NCBI GenBank assembly: GCA_963782055.1
Contig: CAWAIF010000003.1
Span: forward strand, 5,920,001-5,984,000
DNA: 64,000 nucleotides
Origin: an uncultured delta proteobacterium
Lineage (GTDB): Bacteria; Myxococcota_A; Polyangia; Polyangiales; Polyangiaceae
Reading direction: 5' to 3'
Part shown: piece after piece, positions 1 through 13,731 of the stretch
Layout: each line of letters begins with the position of its first letter
Position numbering within the stretch: position 1 is the stretch's first letter
Notes under the pieces: generated by a model
What the model was told of the DNA's origin: nothing
What the model saw: only the letters and a program-made list of their open reading frames with translations
Databases searched by the model: none
Translations under genes and position numbers: made by a program

Positions 1-915
1 CGCCACGACGCGCTCCGGGCGGGCGTCGTTGTCCAGCAGGATGGTGTCCGGCTTCTCGCCGCGGCGCTCCAGCTCGGTGATCACCCGCGCGGCGCGGTCC
101 AGCTTGCGGCGGAAGGGGGGGCCGCCCAGCCTCAGGGTGATCGCCCCGCGGCCGACGACGAGGGTCATGCTCTCCGCCTCGCCGGTGTGGATCTCCTCGA
201 GGGAGAGACGGGCGCCGAGGGGGGACTGGCGGTAGTCGGCGGCGAGATCCAGCGCCCGCACGACAGTCCGGGCGACGCCCTCGCGGTCGGTGGAGACGCG
301 CGCGGGGTCGATGCCGGTGATGACGGGCAGGTCGCTCGGGTCGCCCAGCTCCACGCGCTTGAAGACCCGGCCGTCGCGCGTGACGAGGTAGCTGTCGCCC
401 AGCGCCACGATGGCGGCGGCCTCGCGCTCCTCGACGTGGAGGAGCACCGTGGCGGGCAGCCGGCGGGCGAGCGTCACGTCGGCGATCCACGGGTCCTCGA
501 GGAGCTTCTTCTTCGCGCGATCCAGGTCGATGGAGAAGACGTTCTCGCCCATCGCGATGCCCGCCTCGGAGAGGAGGACGGCGCGGGTGCGCGGGCGGGC
601 GCCGTTCTGGCCGTGGACGGCGGGGGCCCCGGCGGCGCGCGAGGCCACCGGGTCGTCGACCACGACCTCGCGCAGGGCGAAGCGCGGGCTGGTCATGACG
701 TAGCGGCGCGCCGCCCACGCCACGCCCGTGGAGACGGTGATCGCCATCGCGGCGCCGAGCGCGCTGCGGGCCAGGGAGACGGCGCGGGAGGCGCGGGGGG
801 AGGGCGGCTCCGGCGCGACGGGCGGCGGCGCCTCCTCCCCGGCCTCCTCGGCGTGCACCTCCAGCACGTCGCGGGGCGGCGCGGCCCGCGGGATCCTGCG
901 GTTGGAGGGGCGCAT
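1..915 (-). CDS. ftsQ: Cell division protein FtsQ (3' end beyond window edge)
   Basis: Manual translation from ATG at 915: MRPSNRRIPR..., one TM segment, POTRA-like GENVFSIDLDRAKKKLLEDPWIADVTLARRLP; follows murC. Confidence 0.85.
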   Translation of the reverse strand, partial: MRPSNRRIPRAAPPRDVLEVHAEEAGEEAPPPVAPEPPSPRASRAVSLARSALGAAMAITVSTGVAWAARRYVMTSPRFALREVVVDDPVASRAAGAPAVHGQNGARPRTRAVLLSEAGIAMGENVFSIDLDRAKKKLLEDPWIADVTLARRLPATVLLHVEEREAAAIVALGDSYLVTRDGRVFKRVELGDPSDLPVITGIDPARVSTDREGVARTVVRALDLAADYRQSPLGARLSLEEIHTGEAESMTLVVGRGAITLRLGGPPFRRKLDRAARVITELERRGEKPDTILLDNDARPERVVA

Positions 916-2330
916 CAGGGCTTCGCCTCCGCGGCGGCTTCGAGCATCGCCGCGAGGTCGCGCGCGCTCTGGTTGATGTCGCCGGCGCCCAGGGCGATGA
1001 CGATGTCGCCGGGGCGCACGACCTCGGCGAGGGCGTCCTTCACCTTCTTCTTGTCCTTCACGAAGCGCACCGAGTGGTGGCCGTGGGCGTGGATGGCCTC
1101 CGCGAGCGCCTCGCCGGTGGCTCCCTCGATGGGCGCCTCGCCGGCAGGGTAGACGTCGGTGACGATCAGGAGGTCCGCCTTGTTGAAGGCGCGGGTGAAC
1201 TCCTCGAAGAGGGCGTGGGTGCGGGTGTAGCGGTGCGGCTGGAAGGCGACGACGACGCGGCGGTCGAAGCCCTTCTGCGCGGCGTCCAGCGTGGCCTCGA
1301 TCTCGGCGGGGTGGTGGCCGTAGTCGTCGACGACGATGACGTCGCCCGTCTTGCCGTCGCGGCTGATGCTGGGCTGACCGATCACGGTGAAGCGGCGCTG
1401 CACGCCGTGGAAGGCGGCGATGGCGTCGCGCGTGACGTTGAGCGGCACCTCCAGCTCGTCGGCGGTGGCGATGACGGCGAGGGCGTTCTGCACGTTGTGT
1501 GCGCCGGGCATGCGCACGACGAACTCGCCCAGCAGCGCGTCGCGCTTGTAGGCGGTGAAGTGCGTCTCCAGCCCCTCGAAGCGGAGGTTCTTGGCGCGGT
1601 AGTCCGCCTGCCGTGCCATGCCGTAGGTCACGTGGCGGCGGCCGATGCGCGGCAGGATCTCCTGCACGTGCGGGTGGTCGATGCAGAGCACGCACAGGCC
1701 GTAGAAGGGGACCTGGTTGGCGAACTGCACGAAGGCGTCCTTCACCTTCTCGTGCGTGCCGTAGTGGTCCAGGTGCTCGGGGTCGATGTTGGTGATGACG
1801 GCCACGGTGGGGCTCAGGCGCAAGAAGGAGCCGTCGCTCTCGTCGGCCTCGGCGACGAAGAGGTCGCCCGCGCCGAGGCGCGCGTTGGAGCCGAGGGCGT
1901 TCACCTTGCCGCCCACGACGACGGTGGGGTCCAGGCCGGCCTGGCGCAGCACGGTGGCGACCATCGACGTGGTGGTGGTCTTGCCGTGGGAGCCGGCGAT
2001 GGTGACGCAGTACTTCACGCGCATCAGCTCGGCGAGCATCTCCCCGCGGGAGATGATGGGGACGTCCATCGCCCGCGCGCGCGCGATCTCCGGGTTCTGG
2101 GGGGCGATGGCGGTGGAGTAGACGACCACGTCGGCGCCCTGCACGTTCTGGGCGCGGTGGCCGACGTCGACGCGCACGCCGAGGGTCTGCAGGCGCCGGG
2201 TGATGTCGTTGGGCTTGAGGTCGGAGCCGGAGACGTCGAAGTCCATCGTGCGCAGGATCTCGGCCAGGCCGCTCATGCCGATGCCGCCGATGCCGACGAA
2301 GTGCACGTGACGGACGCGACCGCGGAACAT
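915..2330 (-). CDS. murC: UDP-N-acetylmuramate--L-alanine ligase
   Basis: HFVGIGGIGMSG, GSHGKTTTTSM, EADESDGSF, DDYGHHP. Confidence 0.97.
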   Translation of the reverse strand: MFRGRVRHVHFVGIGGIGMSGLAEILRTMDFDVSGSDLKPNDITRRLQTLGVRVDVGHRAQNVQGADVVVYSTAIAPQNPEIARARAMDVPIISRGEMLAELMRVKYCVTIAGSHGKTTTTSMVATVLRQAGLDPTVVVGGKVNALGSNARLGAGDLFVAEADESDGSFLRLSPTVAVITNIDPEHLDHYGTHEKVKDAFVQFANQVPFYGLCVLCIDHPHVQEILPRIGRRHVTYGMARQADYRAKNLRFEGLETHFTAYKRDALLGEFVVRMPGAHNVQNALAVIATADELEVPLNVTRDAIAAFHGVQRRFTVIGQPSISRDGKTGDVIVVDDYGHHPAEIEATLDAAQKGFDRRVVVAFQPHRYTRTHALFEEFTRAFNKADLLIVTDVYPAGEAPIEGATGEALAEAIHAHGHHSVRFVKDKKKVKDALAEVVRPGDIVIALGAGDINQSARDLAAMLEAAAEAKP

Positions 2331-3475
2331 CAGACCGCCCCCGCGTCGTGGGCCGTCAGGCCGCTGCCGTTCTGCTTCTCGCGCGGGGCGCGGAGGGGAA
2401 TGCGCGCAAGGTGCAGCAGATCGCCGGCGACCTCGTACGCGGCGTGCGGCTTGCCGGCGGCGCGCGCGGCGGCGGCCATGGTCTCGCGGTGGGCGCGGTC
2501 GCCGAGGAGCTCGCCGATCTCCTCCGCCAGGCGCTCCACGGTGGCCGCGCGCTGGACGACGCACACCGCGCCGCCCTTCGCGGCGAGCGCCTCCGCGTTG
2601 GCGCGCTGGTGGTCGTCGGCGGCGAAGGGAAACGGGACGAAGACCGCGGCGCGGCCGACGGCGGCGATCTCGGCGACGGTGATGGCCCCGGCGCGCGCGA
2701 CGACGAGGTCGGCGCGGGCGAGCTCGCCGGCGACGTCGTCGAGGAAGGGGACGACGCGGGCGGTGAGGCCGTGCTCCGCGTAGGCGTCGCGGACCGGCGC
2801 GTCGGCGCCGCGGCCGGTCTGGTGGAGCACCTCCAGCGCGGGGACGGCGCGCGCGACCTCGGCGAGCGCGAGGGGCAGGCGCTCGTTGATGGCCTGCGCC
2901 CCCAGGCTGCCGCCCATGACGAGCACGCGCGCGGTGCCGGACGCGGCGTAGGGCGAGGCGTCGAAGCCCTCGCGAAGCGGGACGCCGAGCGCGCGCACGA
3001 TGCGCGGGGAGAGCTTCGTCGCGGCCGACGGCCACGCGACGTACGCCCGCTTCGCGAAGGGCGCGAGGAGGCGATTGGCGAGGCCGAGCACGCCGTTGGG
3101 CTCGAAGACGGCGACGGGCACGCCGCGCAGGGCCGCCGCGAGGGCGACCGGGCCCGCGGCGTAGCCGCCGACGCTGAGCACCGCGCGCGGGCGGAGCGCC
3201 TTCACCAGCGACAGCGCCTCGTAGGTGGCGCGGGCGGCGACCAGCGCGCCCTTGACGGCGCGCCGCACACCGCCGCCCTTCATGGGCGCGACGTCCAGCA
3301 GCTCCAGCCGGTAGCCGCGGGCCGGCACCACGTCCTTCTCCAGGCCGCGCGGGGAGCCCGCGAAGACGACGTCCACGTCGGCCAGCTTGCGGCACGCGTC
3401 GGCCACCGCCAGGCCGGGGAAGACGTGCCCGCCGGTCCCTCCGCCGGCGACGACGAGGCAGGGACGCTCGCTCAT
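2330..3475 (-). CDS. murG: Lipid II GlcNAc transferase
   Basis: GGGTGGHVFP, GGSLGA, ARAGAIT, DHQRANA. Confidence 0.96.
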   Translation of the reverse strand: MSERPCLVVAGGGTGGHVFPGLAVADACRKLADVDVVFAGSPRGLEKDVVPARGYRLELLDVAPMKGGGVRRAVKGALVAARATYEALSLVKALRPRAVLSVGGYAAGPVALAAALRGVPVAVFEPNGVLGLANRLLAPFAKRAYVAWPSAATKLSPRIVRALGVPLREGFDASPYAASGTARVLVMGGSLGAQAINERLPLALAEVARAVPALEVLHQTGRGADAPVRDAYAEHGLTARVVPFLDDVAGELARADLVVARAGAITVAEIAAVGRAAVFVPFPFAADDHQRANAEALAAKGGAVCVVQRAATVERLAEEIGELLGDRAHRETMAAAARAAGKPHAAYEVAGDLLHLARIPLRAPREKQNGSGLTAHDAGAV

Positions 3476-4718
3476 GTGGCCGCCTCCGCCTCGTCGGCGA
3501 CCGGGGCGTCGTCCTCCACCGCCACCGGCGGCGGCACGGTGGTGTCGTCCTTGATGCGCGGCTCTCCCTGGCGGGAGATGGAGAGCAGGATCCCCGCGGC
3601 GGCGGCGTTCACCAGCAGCGAGGAGCCGCCGAAGCTGACGAAGGGCAGCGTGAGGCCCTTGGTGGGCAGGAGCGAGAGGGCGACGGCGAGGTTGAGCAGC
3701 GCCTGCACGCCGAACATGGTGGAGATGCCGAACGCCATGTAGGTGCCGTAGTCGTCCGGGGCGCGCAGGGCGGTGCGCACGCCGCGCAGCACAAGGAGCA
3801 GGAAGGCGAGGGAGAGCGCGGCGACGCCGACGAAGCCGAGCTCCTCGCCCACGATGGCGGCGACGAAGTCGTTGTGGGCCTCCGGCAGGTAGAGGGTCTG
3901 CAGGCCGCGCCCGAGGCCGACGCCCCACGGCCCGCCCGCGCCGAAGGACATGACGCTCTGGAAGGGCTGGTAGGCCAGGTCCTGCTTGTGCGCGTCCATG
4001 TTGAGCCACGCGAGGTAGCGCTCGTAGCGGTACTCGCGGAAGCGGATCGCCGCGGCGCCGAAGGCCCCGCCGAGGATGGACGCGCCCAGGATGTAGCCGA
4101 CCTTCGCCCCCGCGACGAAGAGCAGGGTGAAGGTGAGGAAGAGCAGCACGATGGCGCTGCCGAAGTCCGGCTGCTTCATGCAGAGGAGCATGAAGATGCC
4201 CGCCACGATGAGGTGCGGGAGGAAGCCGACGGTGAAGTTCTTGACCTTGTCCGCCTTCTTGGCGAGCGAGTAGGCCAGCCAGGCGACGAGCGCGAGCTTG
4301 GCCATCTCCGCCGGCTGCACGTGGACCGGCCCGATCTGCAGCCAGCGCGTGGCGCCGCCTCCGGAGTGGCCGAAGCCGACGACGCACAGGAGCAGCAGCA
4401 CGCCCACCCCGAACAGGAGCGGGTAGGTGAGCTTGTAGAGCCGGTGGTAGTCGACGCGGCTCAGGCCGAAGAGCAGCGCGAGGCCCGCGCCCGCGTAGAC
4501 GGCCTGCCGCTTCAGGTAAAACTGCGGGTCGTGCATCTGGAGCGTCGCCTGCACGGCGCTCGCGCTGTAGACCATCACCACGCCGAAGCCGATGAGGCCG
4601 ATGACCACCGCCGCCATCACCGGGTCCATCGGGCCCTTGGCGCGCGTCGCGTTGGGCGCGGCGTCCAGCGGGGCGGCGAAGTGAAGCGAGCGCTTCACGT
4701 TGGCGGGCAGACGCATCA

Positions 4719-4722
<4 letters not shown>
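3472..4722 (-). CDS. ftsW: SEDS peptidoglycan polymerase FtsW
   Basis: MVYSAS, QPAEMAKL, LPEAHNDF, LPFVSFGGSS. Confidence 0.96.
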
Positions 4723-6098
<1,376 letters not shown>

Positions 6099-6103
6099 GC
6101 GGA

Positions 6104-7246
6104 CTACCTCAGCTTCAAGCTCGACAGCGCGAGGAGGGCCAACAAAACGGAGATGATCCAGAAGCGGACGATGATCTTCGGCTCGGGCCAGCCCTTCTTC
6201 TCGTAGTGGTGGTGGAGCGGCGCCATGAGGAACACGCGCCGGCCGAGGAGCTTGAAGCTCAGCACCTGGACGATGACGCTCGACATCTCCAGGAAGAAGA
6301 CGCCCCCGAGGACGATGCTCAGAAGCTCGTTCTTGGTGAAGACCGCGCACATCCCCAGGCCGCCGCCGAGGGCGAGCGCGCCCACGTCCCCCATGAAGAC
6401 CTGCGCGGGGTAGGTGTTGTACCAGAGGAAGCCGACGCCCGCGCCGACCATGGCGCCGCAGAAGATGGAGAGCTCGCCCACGCCGGTGAGCGAGGGGATG
6501 TCCAGGTACTTGGCGACGACGAAGCGCTGCGTCGCGGAGATGCCGAGGGTCGCGCCGGCGAGGTACGCCCAGATGAGGTAGGTGCCGGCGTTGATGATGA
6601 CCGGGCCGATGGCGAGGCCGTCCAGGCCGTCGGTGAGGTTGACGGCGTTGGAGGTGGCGACGACCACCAGCACCGCGAAGATCACGTAGACGGCGAGCGG
6701 CAGCACCACCGGGTGCTTGGCGAAGGCGACGAAGGGCAGACCCAGGTGGTTGCGGATCTGCAGCCAGTCGTCGGGCAGGTGGTTGTCGGTGTAAAAGACG
6801 TAGGCGAGCACCCCGCCGCCGATGACGAACTGGCCGAGCAGCTTGTAGCGACCAGGGAGCCCCTCCGAGGTCTTGGCCTTGATCTTGAGATAGTCGTCCA
6901 GGTACCCGATGACGCCGTAGCCGGCCGTCACCGCGGTGGTGGCCCACACGAAGACGTTGCGCGGGTCGCACCACATGATGGTGGGCAAGAGGACGGAGAG
7001 CAGGATGAGCGCCCCGCCCATCGTCGGCGTGCCCTGCTTGACGAGGTGCGTGGCGGGGCCGTCGGAGCGGACCACCTGGCCGATCTGCTTCTTCTGCAGC
7101 TCGCGGATGAACCAGGGGGCGAGCCAGAAGCTGATGAGCATCGCGGTGACCGTCGACGCGATGACGCGGAAGGGCACGTAGCGCAGGACGTTCAGCCAGG
7201 AGAGCCAGGCGACGTGGCGCAGGGGGTAGAGCAGCTCGTAGAGCAC
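6104..7246 (-). CDS. mraY: Phospho-N-acetylmuramoyl-pentapeptide transferase
   Basis: GTPTMGG, NAVNLTDGLDGL, VFMGDVG, MAPLHHHYE. Confidence 0.97.
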   Translation of the reverse strand: MLYELLYPLRHVAWLSWLNVLRYVPFRVIASTVTAMLISFWLAPWFIRELQKKQIGQVVRSDGPATHLVKQGTPTMGGALILLSVLLPTIMWCDPRNVFVWATTAVTAGYGVIGYLDDYLKIKAKTSEGLPGRYKLLGQFVIGGGVLAYVFYTDNHLPDDWLQIRNHLGLPFVAFAKHPVVLPLAVYVIFAVLVVVATSNAVNLTDGLDGLAIGPVIINAGTYLIWAYLAGATLGISATQRFVVAKYLDIPSLTGVGELSIFCGAMVGAGVGFLWYNTYPAQVFMGDVGALALGGGLGMCAVFTKNELLSIVLGGVFFLEMSSVIVQVLSFKLLGRRVFLMAPLHHHYEKKGWPEPKIIVRFWIISVLLALLALSSLKLR

Positions 7247-7248
7247 GG

Positions 7249-8727
7249 CTAGGCCTGCCTCCCGCGGGAGGCGACGAGCGCGGCGACGACGCGCTCGGCG
7301 CCCACGCTGCGCGACGCCTTCACCAGCACCACGTCGCCGGGCCGGACCACGCGCGCGGCGAGCGCGGCCGCGGCCGCGGCGTCACTTGCAGAATACACAT
7401 TCACACCGGCGGCGCCGGCGCGCGCCAGCGTCCGCTCGGCGAGGCCGCCGCAACCGATGGCCACCGTCACCCCCGCGCCGGCGAGCGCGTCGCCCAGGGC
7501 GTCGTGCTCGGCCTCCGAGGCGGCGCCGAGCTCCTTCATCTCGCCGAGCACCGCGACGCGGCGGCGCTCGCCCGCCAGGTCGGCGAGGGTGCCCAGCGCC
7601 GCGCGCATGCTCTCTGGGTTGGCGTTGTAGGTGTCGTCGATGACGAGCGTCCCGTCGGCGAGGCCGACGGTGGCGGCGCGACCGCCCACGTTGCGGACGC
7701 CGGCGAGAGCTTGCGCGACCAGCTCGAGGGCGAGGGCGTGGCCCGCCGCCGCCTCCGCCGCGGCGAGCGCGGCGCACAGGTCGATCGCCGCGGCCTCGCC
7801 GACCAGCGGCAGGTCCAGCTCCACGACGTCGGTCGCGTCGGGCGAGGGGCACGCGTCGCGGCAGGGCACGCGCAGCGTCACCCGCGAGCCCTCCGCGCCG
7901 CGCGCGACCCGGTCCTCCAGGCGGTAGCGCGCGCCGGCGGCGCGGCCGAAGAGGACGGCGCGGCGCGCGCGGGTGCGCGCGAGCTGCCCCGACGCGATCG
8001 GGTCGTCGGCGTTGGCCACCGCCACCCCTTCCGGCGCGAGCGCGGCGTAGAGGGCGCCCTTCTCGCGCGCCACGTCGTCCGGCCCGCCGCCGACGCCCTC
8101 GGCGTGCGCGGCGCCGGCGTTGGTGACGACGGCCACGTCCGGCTCGCCCACCGCGGCGAGGCGCGCGATCTCCCCGCGCACGCTCATGCCCATCTCCAGC
8201 ACCGCGAAGCGATGCGCGGGCTCGATGCAGAAGGCCACCGCCGGCACGCCCACGAGGTTGTTCAGGTTGCCCGGCGTCGCGAAGGTGGGCGCCACGGTGG
8301 CGAGGAGCGCGGCGCAGAGCTCCTTGGTCGTCGTCTTGCCGGCGCTGCCGGTGATGGCGATCAGACGCGCCGGGTCTCGCCCCTCCCTCGAGCGGCGCCA
8401 GGCGCGGAGGTGGGCGCGCGCGAGATCGCCCCACGCGGCGAGGGTGTCCGGCACCGTGACGACGTCCGGCCCGGCGGGGACGTCCGCGCCCTCCTGCACG
8501 ACGACGAGCGCCGCGCCGCGCTTCGCCACGTCGGCGAGGAAGGCGTGTCCGTCGTGATGCTCGCCTCGCAGCGCCACGAAGGCGCTCCCCTCCCCCACCG
8601 CGCGGGAGTCGGAGACGACACCGTGCGCGGTCCGCCCACCGGCCGCGCGCGCGACGCGCCCGCCGGTCGCCGCCGCCGCCTCCCAGGCGGTGAGCGCCGC
8701 GCGGTTCTGCGGGATGGGGGTCGCCAT
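7249..8727 (-). CDS. murF: UDP-MurNAc-tripeptide--D-Ala-D-Ala ligase
   Basis: ITGSAGKTTTKE, DDTYNANPESM, VLVKASR. Confidence 0.95.
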   Translation of the reverse strand: MATPIPQNRAALTAWEAAAATGGRVARAAGGRTAHGVVSDSRAVGEGSAFVALRGEHHDGHAFLADVAKRGAALVVVQEGADVPAGPDVVTVPDTLAAWGDLARAHLRAWRRSREGRDPARLIAITGSAGKTTTKELCAALLATVAPTFATPGNLNNLVGVPAVAFCIEPAHRFAVLEMGMSVRGEIARLAAVGEPDVAVVTNAGAAHAEGVGGGPDDVAREKGALYAALAPEGVAVANADDPIASGQLARTRARRAVLFGRAAGARYRLEDRVARGAEGSRVTLRVPCRDACPSPDATDVVELDLPLVGEAAAIDLCAALAAAEAAAGHALALELVAQALAGVRNVGGRAATVGLADGTLVIDDTYNANPESMRAALGTLADLAGERRRVAVLGEMKELGAASEAEHDALGDALAGAGVTVAIGCGGLAERTLARAGAAGVNVYSASDAAAAAALAARVVRPGDVVLVKASRSVGAERVVAALVASRGRQA

Positions 8728-10298
8728 CAGCTCGCCCTCTCCACGCGGCGCCGCGCGAGGGCCTTCGCCGCCTCCTCACGATCGTCGAAGTGACGCTTCT
8801 GGGTGCCCACGATCTGGTAGTCCTCGTGGCCCTTGCCCGCGATGACCACCACGTCGCCGGCGCGCGCGGCGCGCACGCACAGGTCGATCGCGCGGGCGCG
8901 GTCCAGCTCGACCACGTGGCCGCGGCCGGAGCCCACCGACGCGGGGTCCAGCGCGGGGAGCCCCGCCGCCTCCACCGCCGCCTGCACCGGCGCGGCGATC
9001 GCCTGCGGGTCCTCGGTGCGCGGGTTGTCGTTGGTCACGACCGCCACGTCGGCGCGCCGCGCGACGGCGTCGCCCATCGGCCCGCGCTTGCCGGCGTCAC
9101 GGTCCCCGCCGCAACCGAAGACGCACAGGACGCGCCCCTTGCAGACCGCACGCACCGCGTCGAGCACGCGCGCGAGCGCGTCCGGGGTGTGGGCGTAGTC
9201 CACGAGCACCGTCACGTCGTCGCCGGGCTCGCCGACGCGCTCCAGGCGGCCGGGGGCGCCGCGCTCGTGCGAGAGCGCCTCGGCCGCGGCGCGCACGTCG
9301 AGGTCGAGCGCGAGCGCCACGCCGAGCGCGACCACCAGGTTCTCCACGTTGTGCGCGCCGACGAGCGGCGAGCGCACCAGGACCGCGCCCGAGGGCGTGT
9401 GCAGCGTGGCGTCGATCCCGTCCTCGGAGAGCTCCACGCGGGAGGGGACGATGTCGGCCTCGGTGCCGCGCCGCGCGCTCACGCGGATCAGCGGCCCGGC
9501 CACGCGCGACGCGAGCGCCTGCCCGAAGGCGCCGTCCACGCAGACGACGGAGGTGCCCGGCGCGCACTCCACGAAGAGCTTGGCCTTCGCCTCGGCGTAG
9601 GCGTCCATGGTGCCGTGGAAGTCCAGGTGGTCCTGGGTGAGGTTGGTGAAGGCGGCGACGAAGAAGCGCACCGCGCGCACGCGGCCCAGGGCGAGCGCGA
9701 TGGAGGAGACCTCCATCGCGACGGTGGTCGCGCCCTCGCGCTTCATCGCCAGCATCACGCGGGCGAGGTCGTCGGCCTCCGGCGTGGTGTGCGAGGCGTC
9801 GACGTCCACCCCGCGGAAGCGGTGGCCGACGGTGCCGATGAGGCCGCAGCGCTCCGCGCCGAGCGCGCCGTCGACCGCCGCGCGAACCAGGTGGGCCGTC
9901 GTGGTCTTGCCGTTGGTGCCGGTGACGCCCACGATCTCCATGCTGAACGAAGGGTGGCCGTAGACGGCGGCGGAAGCCAGGGCCAGCCCCTCCATCGCGT
10001 CGGCGACGCGCACGACGGGCAGCGCGGTCTCGAGCGCGACGCCGCGCTCGGCCAGCACGGCCGCGGCGCCGCGGGCCTCGGCGTCGACGAGGAAGCGGGC
10101 GCCGTCGGAGCTCATCCCTCTGCGGGCGACGAAGAGGTCGCCCGTCTGCACGCGGCGCGAGTCGTGGTGCACCCCCTGGACGCGCACGCTCGCGTCGCCC
10201 TCCACCGCCGCGCCCTCCGGGAGCTCCCGCGCCAGCTCATCCAGGCGCAGGGCCGCGTCCGGCCGGATACGGTCGAGGTCGTCGGCGGTCACCGGCAT
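8727..10298 (-). CDS. murE: UDP-MurNAc-dipeptide--meso-DAP ligase
   Basis: GTNGKTT, DYAHTPD, GCGGDRD, DNPR (meso-DAP specificity motif), AGKGHE. Confidence 0.96.
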   Translation of the reverse strand: MPVTADDLDRIRPDAALRLDELARELPEGAAVEGDASVRVQGVHHDSRRVQTGDLFVARRGMSSDGARFLVDAEARGAAAVLAERGVALETALPVVRVADAMEGLALASAAVYGHPSFSMEIVGVTGTNGKTTTAHLVRAAVDGALGAERCGLIGTVGHRFRGVDVDASHTTPEADDLARVMLAMKREGATTVAMEVSSIALALGRVRAVRFFVAAFTNLTQDHLDFHGTMDAYAEAKAKLFVECAPGTSVVCVDGAFGQALASRVAGPLIRVSARRGTEADIVPSRVELSEDGIDATLHTPSGAVLVRSPLVGAHNVENLVVALGVALALDLDVRAAAEALSHERGAPGRLERVGEPGDDVTVLVDYAHTPDALARVLDAVRAVCKGRVLCVFGCGGDRDAGKRGPMGDAVARRADVAVVTNDNPRTEDPQAIAAPVQAAVEAAGLPALDPASVGSGRGHVVELDRARAIDLCVRAARAGDVVVIAGKGHEDYQIVGTQKRHFDDREEAAKALARRRVERAS

Positions 10299-10308
10299 GG
10301 GCGCACCG

Positions 10309-12373
10309 TCACGACGACTGCTCGAGCGACAGGCGCACCGAGCTGCCCTTCTGCACCGTCGACCCGGCCGACGGCGTCTGCCGCACGATGTGCCCCGTCC
10401 CCTCGACCACCGGCACCAGCCCGGCGCCGAGCACCGCGCGCACCGCGTCGCGGGCGCCCATCCCGCCCACCTCCGGCACCGCGACCGCGTCGGCGGGCGC
10501 GACGGCGGCGACGATGGGCGGCGCCGCGGCGGGCTCGGGGGGCTTCATCGCGGCGAGCGTCTTGTCCGCCGGGTCGCCGGCGCGCGACACCTGCATGCCC
10601 TTGGACGCTCCGCGTGGGGTCACCCCGAGGTAGCGCAGGCTCGCCTCCGCCACGCGGCGGAAGACCGGGCCGGCGAGATCGCCGCCGTAGTGGCCGATGG
10701 TGGGCTCGTCGAGCACGACCGCGATGACCAGCCTCGGCTTCTCGGCGGGGACGAAGCCGACGAAGGACGCGGTGAACTTGTCGGTGGAGTACCTGCCGGT
10801 CCTGGGGTCGGCCTTCTGCGCGGTGGAGGTCTTGCCGGCGACGCGGAAGCCGGGCACGGCCGCCTCGACCGCGGTGCCGCCCGGCTCGGTCACCGCGGTG
10901 AGCATCTCCGCCATCAGACGCGCGACGTGTGGCGGGATGGCCTGGCGCCGGACGTGCGTGGCCGCCTCGCGCACCACCTCCCCCGTCGTCGTCGTCACGC
11001 GCTTGACGAGGATGGGCTCCAGCAGCTTGCCGCCGTTGGCCACCGCGGCCATCCCCATCGCGAGCTGGATGGTGGTCACGCTGATGCCCTGCCCGAAGGA
11101 CGCGTTGGCGGTCTCCACGTCGTACCAGGGCCGCCCGCGCGGCCGCAGCACGCCCGACGCCTCGCCGGGGAGCGGCAGGCCGGTGACCTCGCCGAAGCCG
11201 AAGCGGCGCAGGGTCGCGTAGAGGCCGGGCTCGCCCAGCTTGAGGCCGATCTTCAGCGCGCCGATGTTGGAGCTGCGCGCGAGGATCTGCGTGGGGGTGA
11301 GCCAGTCGTTGAGGTGGGTGTCGTGGATGACGACCTTGCCCATCGCGTAGGTGCCGTGCTCGCAGAAGAATCTGCTCTGTCGGCTTGAGCGTGCCCGCCG
11401 CGAGCGCTCCGGAGAGCGTGAAGACCTTCATCACGCTGCCCGGCTCGAAGCGGTCGGTGATGGCGCGGTCGCGCCGCGACTCCACCTGCGACTCGGTGTA
11501 GTCGTTCGGGTTGTAGCCGGGCGTCGACGCGATGGCGAGGATCTCTCCGGTGCGCGGGTCCACCACCACGGCCGCGCCGCCCTTGGTCTCGTAGGTGCCC
11601 ATCGCCGCGTCGAGCTCGCGCTCGACGACGTGCTGGATGGCCTCGTCGATGGAGAGGGTGATGTCGTGGCCGGTGAGCGCCTGGTCGTCGGTCTGGCCCT
11701 CGGCGAAGATGAGGTGGCCGGCCCGGTCGCGCACGCCCTTGACGTCCTCCACGTGACCGCGCAGCTCCTCGTCCAGGGAGAGCTCCAGCCCGTCCTTGCC
11801 GAGGCCGTCGGGCGCGACGAAGCCGATGACCGGGCCGAGCAGCTCGCGGCCCGGGTAGTAGCGGTGGCCCTCCCCCTCGATGGCGATCCCGTGGATGGGC
11901 CGGTTCTGCTTCCTCGGGTCGGTGAGCACGCGCACGGCCGCGGCCTCTTCCCCGCTGATGCGTCGCTTGACCCAGAGGAAGCGGCGGCGCGTGGCGAGCC
12001 GCTCGTAGAGGGTGTTGGCGTCCAGCGAGAGCGCGGCGCCCAGGCGCAGCGACGCGTCCCGGAGCGTCGCCGTCTGCTCCTCCGGCGTGTCCACGCCGTG
12101 GAGCATCTCGACGACGTCGGCGGTGACGCTGGGCACCTCCACGCTCACCGCGAGCGGCTGGCCGTTGCGGTCGACGATGCTCCCGCGCTTGGGCTCCACA
12201 TGCAGGCGACGCTGGCGCTGCTTCTCGGCCGTCTCACGCCACGCCGGTCCGTCCTCCACCTGCACGCGGTACGCGCTGGAGACGACCGCGCCGAGCGAGA
12301 GCCCCATGACGCCGCACAGGACGCCCATGCGGACGCGGATCCAGCTCGCGCGCTTGGGGTCGAGGTTGCGCAA
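10309..12373 (-). CDS. ftsI: Penicillin-binding protein FtsI/PBP3 with C-terminal PASTA-like domain; +1 frameshift near 11370 (probable sequencing error)
   Basis: Upstream frame has EPGSVMK (SxxK); downstream frame has SSN and GKTSTAQ; deleting one base at 11369-11370 joins them as ...EQIFCEHGTYAMGKVVIHDTH. Confidence 0.93.
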
Positions 12374-12376
12374 GGG

Positions 12377-12708
12377 TCAGAGCTCCCCCGCGCCGCCGGC
12401 GGCGAGCTTGGCGTGCTCGTGGTACGCGGGAGCGGGCAGCTCGATGGTCCGCTCGGGCGGCGCCGGACCCATCCCCAGCAGGGTGGTGGCGATGATCTCG
12501 ACGCGCTCGGGCGTCTTGTAGCTCGCCGACTCCAGCTCCAGCACGCGCTTGACCTCGCGCAGGCGGGCCTGGTGGGCGCGCGCGCGGCCGAGCTCGTAGC
12601 CCAGGGAGATGGTGCGACCGCGGAGCGCCAGGTGCACGACGAAGGCGCAGACGGTCGCGATGGTGGCGAGCGTCCAGATGAGGATGAAGTGGCGGGAGTG
12701 GCGACTGC

Positions 12709-12712
<4 letters not shown>
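12377..12712 (-). CDS. ftsL: Cell division protein FtsL
   Basis: 111 aa with one TM plus coiled coil, ERVEIIATTLLGM; lies between rsmH and ftsI. Confidence 0.8.

Positions 12713-13727
<1,015 letters not shown>

Positions 13728-13731
<4 letters not shown>

Noticed and set aside
10309..12373. ftsI as a true pseudogene or programmed frameshift
   Set aside because: Single indel, intact catalytic motifs and no slippery sequence; a sequencing error is more likely
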